32,000 nucleotides of DNA. It comes from Candidatus Methanophagaceae archaeon (GTDB lineage: Archaea > Halobacteriota > Syntropharchaeia > Alkanophagales > Methanospirareceae). Below, piece by piece: positions 6,908 to 16,184 of this stretch. Numbering within the stretch: the first letter of the stretch is position 1; each line of letters begins with the position of its first letter. A model generated the notes under the pieces. The model was not told the DNA's origin. It did no database searches and saw only the letters and a list, made by a program, of their open reading frames with translations. The DNA is taken from the NCBI GenBank assembly GCA_003194425.1, contig PQXB01000001.1:310444-342443 (forward strand), written 5' to 3'. The position numbers were made by a program, and so were the translations under genes.

Positions 6908-9300
6908 CCAACCAATTCTTCGTACTCACTGCACAGCACCTCCTTCAAACGCTCTGCCGTCTTTTTTCCCACACGCTCAACCTCCCTCAGCTCCTCCTCC
7001 GACGCCGTTACCAGCCGTTCGACCGTCTTGAACCGCCTCAGCAAGTTCCTCGCGGTCACGACGCCGACATTTGACAACGCGGAGACGAGGAACTCCTGCT
7101 GCTCTTTCAACGACGCCGAGGGCTTCTTTCCGTGCGGGTTCACCTCTGTCTTCGTTCCGTTCGCGTTCGGCTGCTGCTCTCGCTTTGCGATTAGGTAAAT
7201 TAGCGACGCCGTGTCTAGTTCGTCGCGGGTCTGCAGCACGGGAACCGAGAAGTCAAGAGCGATCGCAGCCAGCACGCCCCGCACCGCGTTTGGGTGCACA
7301 CGCCGCTGCCCCTCCTGTCCCTGCCCGTAAACCGACCCCCTACCCTCGAGAACGAGCAGTGGTTTCTCGTACTCGCTTCGCAGCCGCCGAACCTGCTCCA
7401 GCAAGTTCCTGCGACCGTTCACGAGCGAGTCCAGAAAATCTGCAGTGGTCTTACGCTCGATGCAGACCTTCTCTGAGACGACGTAGTCGCCGACGCCCAA
7501 ATTCTGCAGTTCTAACACCGCACCCGCCTTCTCCAAGAACCTCGGCACGCCCGACTTCGTCTCTCGTGAGTCTACGACGACGGTTACTTTTTGCTCCGCT
7601 GCCTCGTCGTCATTTTTTAAGTCAGTAATTTTGCGTTGCTGCTCGCTCCTTTCTTCCCTCGCCTCTTCAACCGTCGGCGTCGCCCCGTTTCTCATTTCGT
7701 TAATCCGCTTCCGCATTTCACGCTCCTTGTTCCTACTGACCCAGTAGTAAGCCTCGTCCCTCGTCCCTTTTGCAATTAGCACGACCACCCGCCCTATTTT
7801 TTTGCGAGCGGTTCTTCCTTTCCGCTGAATGCTTCTTATCGCGGACGGAATCGGCTCGTAAAACAGAACGAGGTCGGTCGCGGGAATGTCAAGCCCTTCC
7901 TCCGCCACTGAGGTAGCGACCAAAACATTGAAGACGCCGTCTTTGAACTTCTTTATTATTTCTACCTGCTCCCGCTGCTTCAGTCCCTTGTCCTCTGGCT
8001 TTGACGCCTGCCCAATGAATTTGACCGCTCTTATTCCTTCTTTTTCTGAACCCTGCTCCTGCAAACTCCGCCCCTGCAAACTCCGCCCCTGCAAAGCAGA
8101 GAAAACCATCTCCGCAGTGTCGCGGTAGTTGGTAAAGACGATTATTCTCGTCTCGGGGTTAGCACGAACCTCGTTCCGCAGAATGTCGAGGAGGACGCCG
8201 AGTTTTGGGTGCTCACCCTCGTAAGAGGCAGCCGCGAACACAGCCTCCACGAACTTGTGGTCCTTTAGCAGCCGCTTTGCAGCCTTGCTGCCCTGCTTCG
8301 AGACTGCCTCTGCTCGGAGCCGGTCAAAATACCGCCGCAGTGCGAAGATGCCCTGCGTCTCCACCAACTCAACCGCGTGCTTTATTTTTAGCACCTCCGC
8401 CTGCAGCGAGAGGGCTTGGTAGAGGCTCGGCTGCCTCTGTCTCGCCAGTTGCGTCTCTATTTTCCCCCGTAACTCCAGGAGTTCGGTCTTTGAAATCTCT
8501 CTCCCCACCCGCCCGCTCTTCTTCCGCAGCAGGAAGCCGAGTTTCTGAAGTCTGCGAACCCGCTCCTCCAAGACCTCCTCTAACACCCGCTTCTGCCTCT
8601 GCATCTCCGCAGGGACCTCAACGCTCCGCCACTCCAACTCCTTTCTGAAGATGTAAGGGGCGACGTCGCGGTCGTGTTCAGTCCTGCTCTCCACCCTCGA
8701 GATGCCGAGTGCGGTGCAGATTTCCAGAATCTTCTTCTTGTCGCTGCCCGGAGAAGCGGTCATTCCCAAGACTAACGGCTCTCTCCCCTGCTCCGCCGTC
8801 TGCTCTGCGTACTTCTCCGCGATGTAAACGTACGAGTAGTTCCCGACCGCCCGGTGGCACTCGTCAAAAATCAGGAGTGCAACTCCGCCGAGGTCAATTC
8901 TGCCGCTCAAAAGGTCGTTCTCAATTATCTGCGGCGTTGAGACGACTACGCTCGCGGACCGCCACTGCTCCTCTCGTTTTGCCGGTGCTATCGTGCCCGT
9001 GAAGGTCTGAATTAGCGAACCGTCAAGTCTCAGCACCGCCTTTAAGAACGCGGAATGCTGCTCGACCAGTGGTCTCGTGGGAGCGAGAAAAAGAATTTTT
9101 CCGTTCGCCTGCCGTTCCAGCCGTTCAACCAGAACCAAAAGAGCAACGGTCGTCTTACCCAAGCCCGTCGGCAGAACGAGCATCAAAGATTCCTTCTTCG
9201 CGGCTTCCGCGATCGCGGTTTGGTACTCCCTCCGCTCTACTACCCCCTCTTTCAAGAGCGGGTGCGAGACGAACTGCGGGGCGAACTTTGGTGCGTTCAT
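6904..9300 (-). CDS. hef: Hef: SF2 helicase fused to an XPF/ERCC4-type nuclease and an (HhH)2 domain
   Basis: Walker A LPTGLGKTT and DECH box. Helicase C motifs VATSVAEEGLDIP and QRKGRTAR. Nuclease motif GDYVVSEKVCIERKTTADFLDSL. C-terminal HhH region VGKKTAERLKEVL. There is a 15-bp tandem repeat (LQGRS x2) at 8059-8088. Confidence 0.9.
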   Translation of the reverse strand: MNAPKFAPQFVSHPLLKEGVVERREYQTAIAEAAKKESLMLVLPTGLGKTTVALLVLVERLERQANGKILFLAPTRPLVEQHSAFLKAVLRLDGSLIQTFTGTIAPAKREEQWRSASVVVSTPQIIENDLLSGRIDLGGVALLIFDECHRAVGNYSYVYIAEKYAEQTAEQGREPLVLGMTASPGSDKKKILEICTALGISRVESRTEHDRDVAPYIFRKELEWRSVEVPAEMQRQKRVLEEVLEERVRRLQKLGFLLRKKSGRVGREISKTELLELRGKIETQLARQRQPSLYQALSLQAEVLKIKHAVELVETQGIFALRRYFDRLRAEAVSKQGSKAAKRLLKDHKFVEAVFAAASYEGEHPKLGVLLDILRNEVRANPETRIIVFTNYRDTAEMVFSALQGRSLQGRSLQEQGSEKEGIRAVKFIGQASKPEDKGLKQREQVEIIKKFKDGVFNVLVATSVAEEGLDIPATDLVLFYEPIPSAIRSIQRKGRTARKKIGRVVVLIAKGTRDEAYYWVSRNKEREMRKRINEMRNGATPTVEEAREERSEQQRKITDLKNDDEAAEQKVTVVVDSRETKSGVPRFLEKAGAVLELQNLGVGDYVVSEKVCIERKTTADFLDSLVNGRRNLLEQVRRLRSEYEKPLLVLEGRGSVYGQGQEGQRRVHPNAVRGVLAAIALDFSVPVLQTRDELDTASLIYLIAKREQQPNANGTKTEVNPHGKKPSASLKEQQEFLVSALSNVGVVTARNLLRRFKTVERLVTASEEELREVERVGKKTAERLKEVLCSEYEELVG

Positions 9301-9384
9301 CGGTGAAAATAGAAAAGATTTTATAGTTATTTTGCATAAAAAGAGAAAACAGAAAGAAACGGCGTGAGAGCGAGATGAGAAGAG

Positions 9385-10641
9385 ATGAAAATGAAAGACA
9401 AAGGGAACATTCTGGATTTGGAGGCTGAAGTGATTTACAACGGGCTGTGCTGCTACTGCGGGACTTGCGGTGCGTTCTGCAAGGAGTACATTTCATTCGA
9501 GCAGGAGCGACCCGTGACGAGGAAGAAGTGTTACGAGATTCACGGTGCGTGCTACGATTTCTGCCCCCGGACTTTCTTCGCTCCTTTTGAGGTAGAGCGG
9601 GCGGTCTTCGGCGCCGTGCGGCGCGACAACCTGCTGGGCTACTACGCAACCGAAGAAGACATTTTTACGGCACGAGCGACTGACGAAACGGTGAGAGCGC
9701 GGGGGCAGGACGGCGGCGTTGTCTCGGCGCTGCTCGGCTTCCTGCTTGAGCGCGGGGAGTTGGACGCGGCGGTCGTTTCGAAGAAGTCTGAAGAAGGAGA
9801 GGGAGAAGGAGAGGGAGAAGGAACTGGTGAAGGAACTGGTGAAGGAACTGGTGAAGGAACTGGTGAAGGAGCGGGGGTGTGGGAAGCCGAGCCGTTCGTT
9901 GCGACGACCAAAGAGGAGGTGCTGGCAGGAGCGGGCTCGAAGTACACGCAGTGCCCTTCGGTCTTGGGCGTTGGCGACGCTCTCGAACGGGGGTACAAGA
10001 AGGTCGCACTCGTTGGGCTGCCGTGCCACATTCAAGGAATGCGGAAGGTTCAACTCTCGCGGGGGTTTGATGTCGGGGCGGAGCGGGTGAAGTTGTGCGT
10101 CGGGCTCTTCTGCACCGAGACTTTAGAAATGCCGCGGCTCAAGGCGAAGTTGGCGGAGTTGGGCACGAGAATAGAAGAGGTCGAAAAGTTCAACATAAAA
10201 AAAGGCAAATTCATCGTGCAGACGCAGGAGGGGAAAGAGTTAAAGACGCCGATAAAAAAGCTGCGGGACTGCGTGCGCGAGGCGTGCGACTACTGCTACG
10301 ATTTTGCCGCGGAGTTCGCTGACCTCTCGGTCGGTTCAATCGGCTCCGAACTCGGCTGGTCTACTGTGATTGTGAGAAGCGAGCCGGGGCGGGAAGCGGT
10401 GAAGCAGGCGGAAGAAGCGGGCATTTTGGAAACCGCAAGGCTCTCCGAGGAGCAGTTAGAGGCAGTGCGGGGCTTGGCGTCGTTCAAGAAGCAGGGGAAC
10501 TTGAAGAGCATTTACGAGAAGGCGGAGCGGGTTAGAATAATGAATCTTGAGGTGGAGCCGGAGAGGTTGGGGAAGTTTTTTGGTGTAGGTGGAGAGAAAA
10601 AAGAGAAGAAAGAAAAGAGGGGTGAAAGAAAATGGCGGTAG
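9385..10641 (+). CDS. FrhB/FdhB/FpoF-family F420-binding iron-sulfur flavoprotein
   Basis: N-terminal Cys cluster [12 protein letters not shown]...CYDFCP. Further motifs [39 protein letters not shown] and [10 protein letters not shown], as in F420 hydrogenase/dehydrogenase beta subunits. The Gly/Glu/Thr repeat insert at 9796-9870 includes a 12-bp unit x4. Confidence 0.75.
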   Translation: MKMKDKGNILDLEAEVIYNGLCCYCGTCGAFCKEYISFEQERPVTRKKCYEIHGACYDFCPRTFFAPFEVERAVFGAVRRDNLLGYYATEEDIFTARATDETVRARGQDGGVVSALLGFLLERGELDAAVVSKKSEEGEGEGEGEGTGEGTGEGTGEGTGEGAGVWEAEPFVATTKEEVLAGAGSKYTQCPSVLGVGDALERGYKKVALVGLPCHIQGMRKVQLSRGFDVGAERVKLCVGLFCTETLEMPRLKAKLAELGTRIEEVEKFNIKKGKFIVQTQEGKELKTPIKKLRDCVREACDYCYDFAAEFADLSVGSIGSELGWSTVIVRSEPGREAVKQAEEAGILETARLSEEQLEAVRGLASFKKQGNLKSIYEKAERVRIMNLEVEPERLGKFFGVGGEKKEKKEKRGERKWR

Positions 10642-12032
10642 ATGTTTCGGCACGAGAATACAGGACGATAAGAGAAGCAGCGGGTCCGTTAATCGTTGTA
10701 GGCGATGTAGAAGGCGTTTCGTACGGCGAGGTAGTGAAGATTGTGACGCCCGATGGGGAAGAGAAGACGGGGCAGGTCTTGGAAGCGAGCAAAGGGCTGG
10801 CGGTAGTTCAGGTCTTTGAGGGCACCAGCGGAATTGACACTGCGAGGACGAGGGTGCGGTTTACGGGCGAAACAATGCGAATTAGCGTCTCGCAGGAAAT
10901 GGTTGGGCGGTTCTTTGACGGGCTGGGCAGGCCGATTGACGGCGGACCTGAGGTAATTCCAGAAGACCGGCTCTCAGTCATCGGCGCTGCAATAAACCCG
11001 ACTGCACGCGACTACCCCCGCGAGTTCATTCAGACCGGCATCTCCACGATTGACGGAATGAACACGCTCGTTCGTGGTCAGAAGCTGCCGATATTTTCAG
11101 GGGCAGGAATGCCGCACAACGCCCTCGCTGCTCAAATCGCAAGGCAGGCGAAGGTGCTGACTACAAGCGAGCCGTTCTCGGTCGTCTTTGGCGCGATGGG
11201 AATAACGCACGAGGAGGCGTCGTTTTTTATGCGTGACTTCGAGCGGACGGGTGCGATCGAGCGGATTGTGGCGTTTGTCAACCTCGCGGACGACCCTGCG
11301 ATTGAGCGTGTGATAACGCCGCGAATGGCACTGACGACCGCGGAGTTCCTTGCTTACGAGTACGATATGCACATTCTCGTTATTCTCACTGATATGACGA
11401 ACTACTGTGAATCGTTACGGGAGATCTCGGCGGCACGAGAGGAGGTGCCGGGCAGGAGGGGCTACCCCGGCTATATGTACACGGACTTGTCGATGAACTA
11501 CGAGCGGGCGGGTCGGATAAAAGGACGCAAAGGCACGATTACGCAAATTCCAATTTTGAGTATGCCCGACGACGACATCACGCACCCAATTCCTGACCTC
11601 ACAGGCTACATCACTGAGGGGCAGTTCGTCCTCTCCCGCGACCTGCACAGGCGTGGGATTTTTCCCCCTGTTGATGTTTTGCCGTCGCTCTCGCGGTTGA
11701 TGGACGAGGGAATCGGACCGGGCAGGACGCGGGAAGACCACGCCGGCGTCTCGAACCAACTTTATTCCGGCTACGCGGAGGGACGAGATATGCGGGACTT
11801 GGTCGCGGTCGTCGGAGAGGAGGCACTGACGAGCAGAGACCGGAGCTACTTGGAGTTCGCAGACGAGTTCGAGAAGCGGTTCGTTACGCAGGGCAGGAAC
11901 GAAGAGAGGAGCATTGAGGAGACGCTGGGGCTTGGCTGGGATTTGCTGGCGACGCTGCCCGAGGGCGAGCTGAAGCGGATTGACGAGGAGATAATAAAAA
12001 AGTACCACCCGAAATATAGGGTAGGGGTTTAA
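10632..12032 (+). CDS. atpB: A/V-type ATP synthase subunit B (non-catalytic)
   Basis: Full-length match to the B-subunit pattern ([49 protein letters not shown]). SD GAGGGGTGA lies upstream. The gene overlaps the preceding gene by 10 nt. Confidence 0.9.
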   Translation: MAVDVSAREYRTIREAAGPLIVVGDVEGVSYGEVVKIVTPDGEEKTGQVLEASKGLAVVQVFEGTSGIDTARTRVRFTGETMRISVSQEMVGRFFDGLGRPIDGGPEVIPEDRLSVIGAAINPTARDYPREFIQTGISTIDGMNTLVRGQKLPIFSGAGMPHNALAAQIARQAKVLTTSEPFSVVFGAMGITHEEASFFMRDFERTGAIERIVAFVNLADDPAIERVITPRMALTTAEFLAYEYDMHILVILTDMTNYCESLREISAAREEVPGRRGYPGYMYTDLSMNYERAGRIKGRKGTITQIPILSMPDDDITHPIPDLTGYITEGQFVLSRDLHRRGIFPPVDVLPSLSRLMDEGIGPGRTREDHAGVSNQLYSGYAEGRDMRDLVAVVGEEALTSRDRSYLEFADEFEKRFVTQGRNEERSIEETLGLGWDLLATLPEGELKRIDEEIIKKYHPKYRVGV

Positions 12033-12040
12033 AGCCAGTG

Positions 12041-12061
12041 GGGGTTTAAAGCCAAAACCCC
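12041..12061. terminator. Hairpin between convergent atpB and dys
   Basis: ggggttt (12041-47) pairs with aaacccc (12055-61) around a 7-nt loop. It forms part of a near-perfect 17-bp tandem duplication (12021-12037 and 12038-12054) whose first copy contains the atpB stop codon. Confidence 0.4.
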
Positions 12062-12154
12062 ATAAATTCTTTAAATACACGCCTTTTATCACACAAATAT
12101 CAACATCCAAACTCGCACCCGCGTACCCCTTAACAAACCACGCAGTCTCGTCTT

Positions 12155-13231
12155 TTACACCCTCGCGGTCCTCTCGCGCACCGCAGCCACAATTATCGGC
12201 AACGCGATCGTGGCGTCGCAGTAAACCGTAACCGCCCGCGCGTTCGCACCGACCTTGCCCCACGACTTCGCTTCGTCCAGCGTCGCACCGCTTAATCCCC
12301 CGTTCTCCGGCGTCTCGGTGGTTATTTGAATCGCGTAGTCAAAGCCCTCTCGCTCTCTCTCTCGCTCTTGCTCCTCACCTCCGTCTCTCCCCTGCACCCG
12401 CGGCGGTGCGACCAGCGCGGTCTGGAAAATAAAGTTCTTAGGCACGCCGCCGCCGAGAATTAGCACCCCTGTCCGTTTCGCCTCGCAGAAAATATCCACC
12501 AACTCCTTCATATCCTCGAACGCGTCCACTCGTAAATTGCTCGTCTGCTTGTAAATCCAAGCGTGAAGTCCGATCATAGAATCCGCAATCGCAGGGCAGA
12601 ACACGGGCACCCCGCTCTCCGCTGCACTTCGTAAAATAGAATCCGGGTCCGAGAGGCTCTCTCCAATCGCTCTTGTCAGTTCCCTAATGCTGTACCGCTT
12701 CTCCCTCTCCTTCTTCTCCACCCTCTTCTCCCTCTCCTCTCTCTCCGCCCTCTTCTGACCGAGTTTTTCAAAAACGCCCCTCAAAAAATCCTCCAACCTC
12801 GCAAACGCCTCGTCACGCACAATTACATCGTAGATTCTGTCGCTCCCTTCGCCTCGCAGCCACACGTCGTCCACCGCTGCACCTGGGTCTGCGCCGCCTA
12901 CGGCTTCGCCTACGATTTTGTAGTGCCGCTCGCCGAGTGCTTCCAGAATGTCGTGCACGAGGTTTGCGCCCGTCGTTACCACCACATCCACGAGCCGCTC
13001 CCGAATCATCTCTGCCAGCACGGTTCGCATTCCCGCAGGAACTAACGCACCAGCAACACCCAGGAACTTTGTCGTCTTTTCGCCCTCTCCCCTCTGCAGC
13101 ATTTCCTCGTAAATGTCCACCGCCTCCGCCAACCTGCCGGCTCCGAAGGCACAGCCGCCCAAACCTCTCACAAGCTCGTCTACGCTCGTCTTCTTCCCGA
13201 TTTTCACGCCCTGCACTTCCTTTAGCCGCAT
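12155..13231 (-). CDS. dys: Deoxyhypusine synthase
   Basis: GAGRLAEAVDIYEEML, FLGVAGALVPAGMR, VVVTTGANLVHD, ILGGGVPKNF and the C-terminal YCDATIALPII are typical DHS motifs. It carries Glu/Arg/Lys-rich inserts (REEREKRVEKKEREKR; EQEREREREG). Confidence 0.85.
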   Translation of the reverse strand: MRLKEVQGVKIGKKTSVDELVRGLGGCAFGAGRLAEAVDIYEEMLQRGEGEKTTKFLGVAGALVPAGMRTVLAEMIRERLVDVVVTTGANLVHDILEALGERHYKIVGEAVGGADPGAAVDDVWLRGEGSDRIYDVIVRDEAFARLEDFLRGVFEKLGQKRAEREEREKRVEKKEREKRYSIRELTRAIGESLSDPDSILRSAAESGVPVFCPAIADSMIGLHAWIYKQTSNLRVDAFEDMKELVDIFCEAKRTGVLILGGGVPKNFIFQTALVAPPRVQGRDGGEEQEREREREGFDYAIQITTETPENGGLSGATLDEAKSWGKVGANARAVTVYCDATIALPIIVAAVRERTARV

Positions 13232-13278
13232 TCCCTATTGCTCTGTTTTTATTTTAGCAATTTATAAACAGATGTAAA

Positions 13279-14253
13279 ATGAGCATTACATTCAAGGAAC
13301 TTGCAAAGAAAGTGCTAAAAGAAGAAAAGAAGCCCCTTACAGCAGAAAAAATCTGGGAAATCGCAAGACAAAAGAGATATGACAAACTTGGAAATTTCAA
13401 AGGCAAAACTCCTTGGAGATCAATTGGAGCGAGAATTTATGTAGACATTAGAGATAACAAGCAGTCTCCCTTTGTTAAAATAGATTCCAAACCGAGAAAG
13501 TTTTTCCTGCGAGAATTAACAAGCAAAGAAGATTTGAGAAAAATAGAAGAAGGGGCGAACGTAGAAGTAGAAAGACCAGTAGAAGTAGAACCTACCGAAA
13601 CAAAATATTCAGAAAAGGATTTACACCCCTTCTTAACATATTTTGCTTATGCCTACCTTGGAGTGCACACAAAGACAATAAGTCACGAAAAATCGAGCAA
13701 GAAAAGTTACGCACAATGGTTGCATCCCGATTTGGTAGGTGTCTATTTCCCAATTGGCGAATGGAAAGACGAGGTTATAGATTTTGCTAAGGAAGTAGGC
13801 ACTAAACTTATCAGGGTGTACTCTTTTGAGATGAAAAAAGAGTTGACTTTTTCAAACCTGCGAGAGTCCTTCTTTCAAACTGTTTCTAACTCATCTTGGG
13901 CAAATGAGGGGTATCTTGTTGCTGCAAAAATATCTCAAGACGATGATTTTCTATCCGAAGTGAAGCGGCTGTCTGCTTCATTTGGGATAGGAATAATAAA
14001 AATTGATTTAGAAGATCCGGATTCATCAGAAGTTCTATTTCCTGCAAGATTCAAGAGCGAATTGGATTGGGAGACCATCAATAAACTGAGTACGGGAAAT
14101 CGTGATTTTAGGGAGTTCATAAAAAGGATAAAGATTGACATTTCCAGTAAAGAGGTGAGAAAAGAGAAATATGACAAGGTCTATGAAACAGAAAAATTAA
14201 AGGAGGATCTCAAGAATATTAAAGGAGGATCTCAAGAATTCTCGATTTATTAA
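13279..14253 (+). CDS. HARE-HTH domain protein with a C-terminal PD-(D/E)xK-like nuclease core (Mrr/type IV restriction-like); A/T-rich accessory gene
   Basis: The N-terminus FKELAKKVLKEEKKPLTAEKIWEIA...GKTPWRSIGARIYVDIRDNKQSPFVKIDSKPRKFFLRE fits the HARE-HTH winged-helix pattern. The C-terminal half has ordered E (EKDLHP), D (HPDLVGV), ExK (SFEMKKE) and Q..S (FFQTVSNS) motifs. Base composition and codon usage are clearly more A/T-rich than the flanking genes. Confidence 0.6.
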   Translation: MSITFKELAKKVLKEEKKPLTAEKIWEIARQKRYDKLGNFKGKTPWRSIGARIYVDIRDNKQSPFVKIDSKPRKFFLRELTSKEDLRKIEEGANVEVERPVEVEPTETKYSEKDLHPFLTYFAYAYLGVHTKTISHEKSSKKSYAQWLHPDLVGVYFPIGEWKDEVIDFAKEVGTKLIRVYSFEMKKELTFSNLRESFFQTVSNSSWANEGYLVAAKISQDDDFLSEVKRLSASFGIGIIKIDLEDPDSSEVLFPARFKSELDWETINKLSTGNRDFREFIKRIKIDISSKEVRKEKYDKVYETEKLKEDLKNIKGGSQEFSIY

Positions 14254-14254
14254 A

Positions 14255-14276
14255 TTTTATAAACGCTTTATAAACG
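14255..14276 (+). promoter_or_regulatory. Duplicated TATA element (ttttataaacg/ctttataaacg) upstream of tRNA-Pro
   Basis: The 11-bp unit is repeated in tandem with 10/11 identity. The proximal TTTATAAA (14267-14274) lies about 24-31 nt upstream of the tRNA 5' end. Confidence 0.6.
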
Positions 14277-14297
14277 AGAAAAACAAAACAGAGGGTA

Positions 14298-14370
14298 GGG
14301 GCTGTAAGGTAGCCAGGCATCCTCCCAGCTCGGGGAGCTGGTAACCGGAGTTCAAATCTCCGCAGCCCCA
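14298..14370 (+). tRNA. tRNA-Pro (anticodon GGG) with an atypical C at position 33; no encoded CCA
   Basis: Manual cloverleaf. Acceptor GGGGCTG/CAGCCCC plus discriminator A. U8 is present. D arm AGGT-AGCCAGGCA-TCCT with G18G19. Anticodon stem CCAGC/GCTGG with loop TCGGGGA. Variable loop is 4 nt. T arm CGGAG-TTCAAAT-CTCCG. A T8 terminator follows at 14371-14378. Confidence 0.75.
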
Positions 14371-14488
14371 TTTTTTTTAGTCCGAAGCACTAAATTCCAA
14401 ATAAAATCAAAAAGGCAAAAAAATAAAAAGAGGAGTAGTGCCTCTCCTCCTCTGCCCGATTTCTGCTCTGCTCTACTCTTACCCTTAC

Positions 14489-15994
14489 CTACCTCATTCT
14501 TTCAACCACTCTCTTCAAATTCTCCTCTAGTCCTGCTCCTGTTTCTGCTCCTGCTCCTGTTGCTGCTGGCACTGCTCCTGCTTCTCCTTTCCAGTACGGC
14601 ACGTAAGCCCACCACAAAGCGTCGCACTCGAAGACCTCGCCTCCTGCTGCGGCGTCCGAGAGCTGCACGTAGAACAAATTCCCGAACGGCTCGGCACCCC
14701 AGTTCGGAATCCCGAAACTGAACTCAAGGCTCTCGCTGTACTCCGCGGCGACCGACTTGGTCAGCACAGGCACGCAGACGCTGTACTCCGGCACTACCCA
14801 GAACCACTGGAATTCCAAACTGCAGTTCGTCGGGTTCGCAACGCTCACTGCAACTTCCATTTTGTCCCCGATTCTGTACTCTGTCTTGTCGGTCGCAACG
14901 GAAACGCTCGGCTCGCCGATTTCAAACGAGACCGTCGGCTCCGGGTCGGCGTGTTTGCGAATAAAAATCCAGTTTGCAAAACCTTCAATTTCCCCTGGGT
15001 GCCAAGCATCTGTGTTAAACTCAACAATGGGTGCAAATTTTGAATCACTGTCTTTTTGAATATCGTAGTCTTTGCTCAAAATATGGTGGTGCTCGTGGAA
15101 TCCCTCCAAGTGACTTGCATAGATTACTGTTTTTAATCGGTTGGGCTGAGTGAAATTAAAGCTGTATCCTGGATTATTGTCTCTATCTATATAAATATTG
15201 CTCCCTTTTTTCAGTTTAATAAGATAGGGCTTTTCGCTTTCGTATTCCAGACCGTATGCGAACACAGCCGTGAATTCTGTGTCTGTGTCTGTTAAGCTGC
15301 CGTTACCGAATAGCACACCCACTCCAAAGTTTTTATTCCACCAGTCCATCGGCATTTTCATCTCTGCTTCTACGACCAATGGGAACTTGGTGTCAAAACT
15401 GATATTTTTTGGTTTTAAAACGAAACTACCTTGAGTAGGTCTGTACGCTCTCAACCATCCATCGTCCAGAGAGAAATTTATCTCTGCGGGGTAATAGAAA
15501 TCGATGCAGTCATCGCGATCCCATGAAAAACCTTGCCAATTGTTTAGTGAAGAAGGACTGCTGAAATTGTCGAAGAACTCGAAGACCGCGTTACCTTTGC
15601 TCTCGCTCGCTGCTGCGGGGTTGCCCCAGCGCATTTTCAAAAAGACGCTCTCGCCCGCGGGCAGAACCGGCACGCGCACCCAAACCGCCCCTCGCTTCTC
15701 CACGCCGTCAAACTCCTCAAGCCAGTAGTTCAACTCCTGCCCTGCGAACGAAAATCGGAGGTCGCCCCCGTCGGTCTTCGCTTCGGTCGGGAAGTTCTCG
15801 CCCGACAAATTCACGAGAATCGGGTACTCGTGAAGCGTCGTTCCAGAGTTCTCGGAGACGCGGAGGGTCGTTGAGAAAGCCCAGTCGCCGCTGCCGAGCG
15901 GGGTCGCTGCCGCTGCTGCGGAGGTCGCTGCTAACACTACTGCCGTTGTCAAAAAAGCAATTGCCAGCACTTTTCTGCTTGTTTTTGTAGTCAT
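14489..15994 (-). CDS. Secreted DUF2341/LamG-like (concanavalin-fold) protein
   Basis: The start was moved to ATG 15994 (MTTKTSRKVLAIAFLTTAVVLAATSAAAA signal peptide) because GGGGGTGA SD lies upstream. Motif EYPILVNLSG...DGGDLRFSFAGQELNYWLEEFD...AVWVRVPVLPAGESVFLKMRWGN matches the DUF2341 pattern. A hairpin plus T-run follows the stop. Confidence 0.65.
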   Translation of the reverse strand: MTTKTSRKVLAIAFLTTAVVLAATSAAAAATPLGSGDWAFSTTLRVSENSGTTLHEYPILVNLSGENFPTEAKTDGGDLRFSFAGQELNYWLEEFDGVEKRGAVWVRVPVLPAGESVFLKMRWGNPAAASESKGNAVFEFFDNFSSPSSLNNWQGFSWDRDDCIDFYYPAEINFSLDDGWLRAYRPTQGSFVLKPKNISFDTKFPLVVEAEMKMPMDWWNKNFGVGVLFGNGSLTDTDTEFTAVFAYGLEYESEKPYLIKLKKGSNIYIDRDNNPGYSFNFTQPNRLKTVIYASHLEGFHEHHHILSKDYDIQKDSDSKFAPIVEFNTDAWHPGEIEGFANWIFIRKHADPEPTVSFEIGEPSVSVATDKTEYRIGDKMEVAVSVANPTNCSLEFQWFWVVPEYSVCVPVLTKSVAAEYSESLEFSFGIPNWGAEPFGNLFYVQLSDAAAGGEVFECDALWWAYVPYWKGEAGAVPAATGAGAETGAGLEENLKRVVERMR

Positions 15995-16184
15995 TTTTTT
16001 TTCGTCACCCCCTAATTTTTTCTTCCCCCTTGTTTTCTTCTCGCCTGAAGATAAGAGGAAGATAAGAGGAGCGTGACAAAGTTTTGTTATCTTTTCGTAT
16101 TTTTTCATCATGTTTAACATAAATATAATTTGTTTTGTCTCTTTAAATACTTACCTCGTTTTTATCTCTAAAAATACAAGAAAA

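Noticed and set aside
7071-8648. Plus-strand ORFs of 185 aa and 147 aa inside hef
   Set aside because: They are Arg/Pro/Ala-rich antisense frames of a GC-rich gene, with no independent signals.
12062-12154. TATA-like tttaaata (12071-12078) that could drive a small RNA antisense to the dys 3' end
   Set aside because: The only evidence is an isolated TATA-like octamer in A/T-rich terminator DNA. No structure, conservation or terminator can be assessed from the sequence alone.
11415-12263. 282-aa minus-strand ORF overlapping the atpB 3' half and the dys 3' end
   Set aside because: It overlaps two well-supported genes, and its composition is typical of an antisense frame.
15995-16120. N-terminal 42-codon extension of the DUF2341-like ORF (MLNMMKKYEKITKLCH...)
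   Set aside because: The internal ATG 15994 is preceded by a GGGGGTGA SD and starts a proper signal peptide. The extension covers promoter-like A/T-rich DNA.
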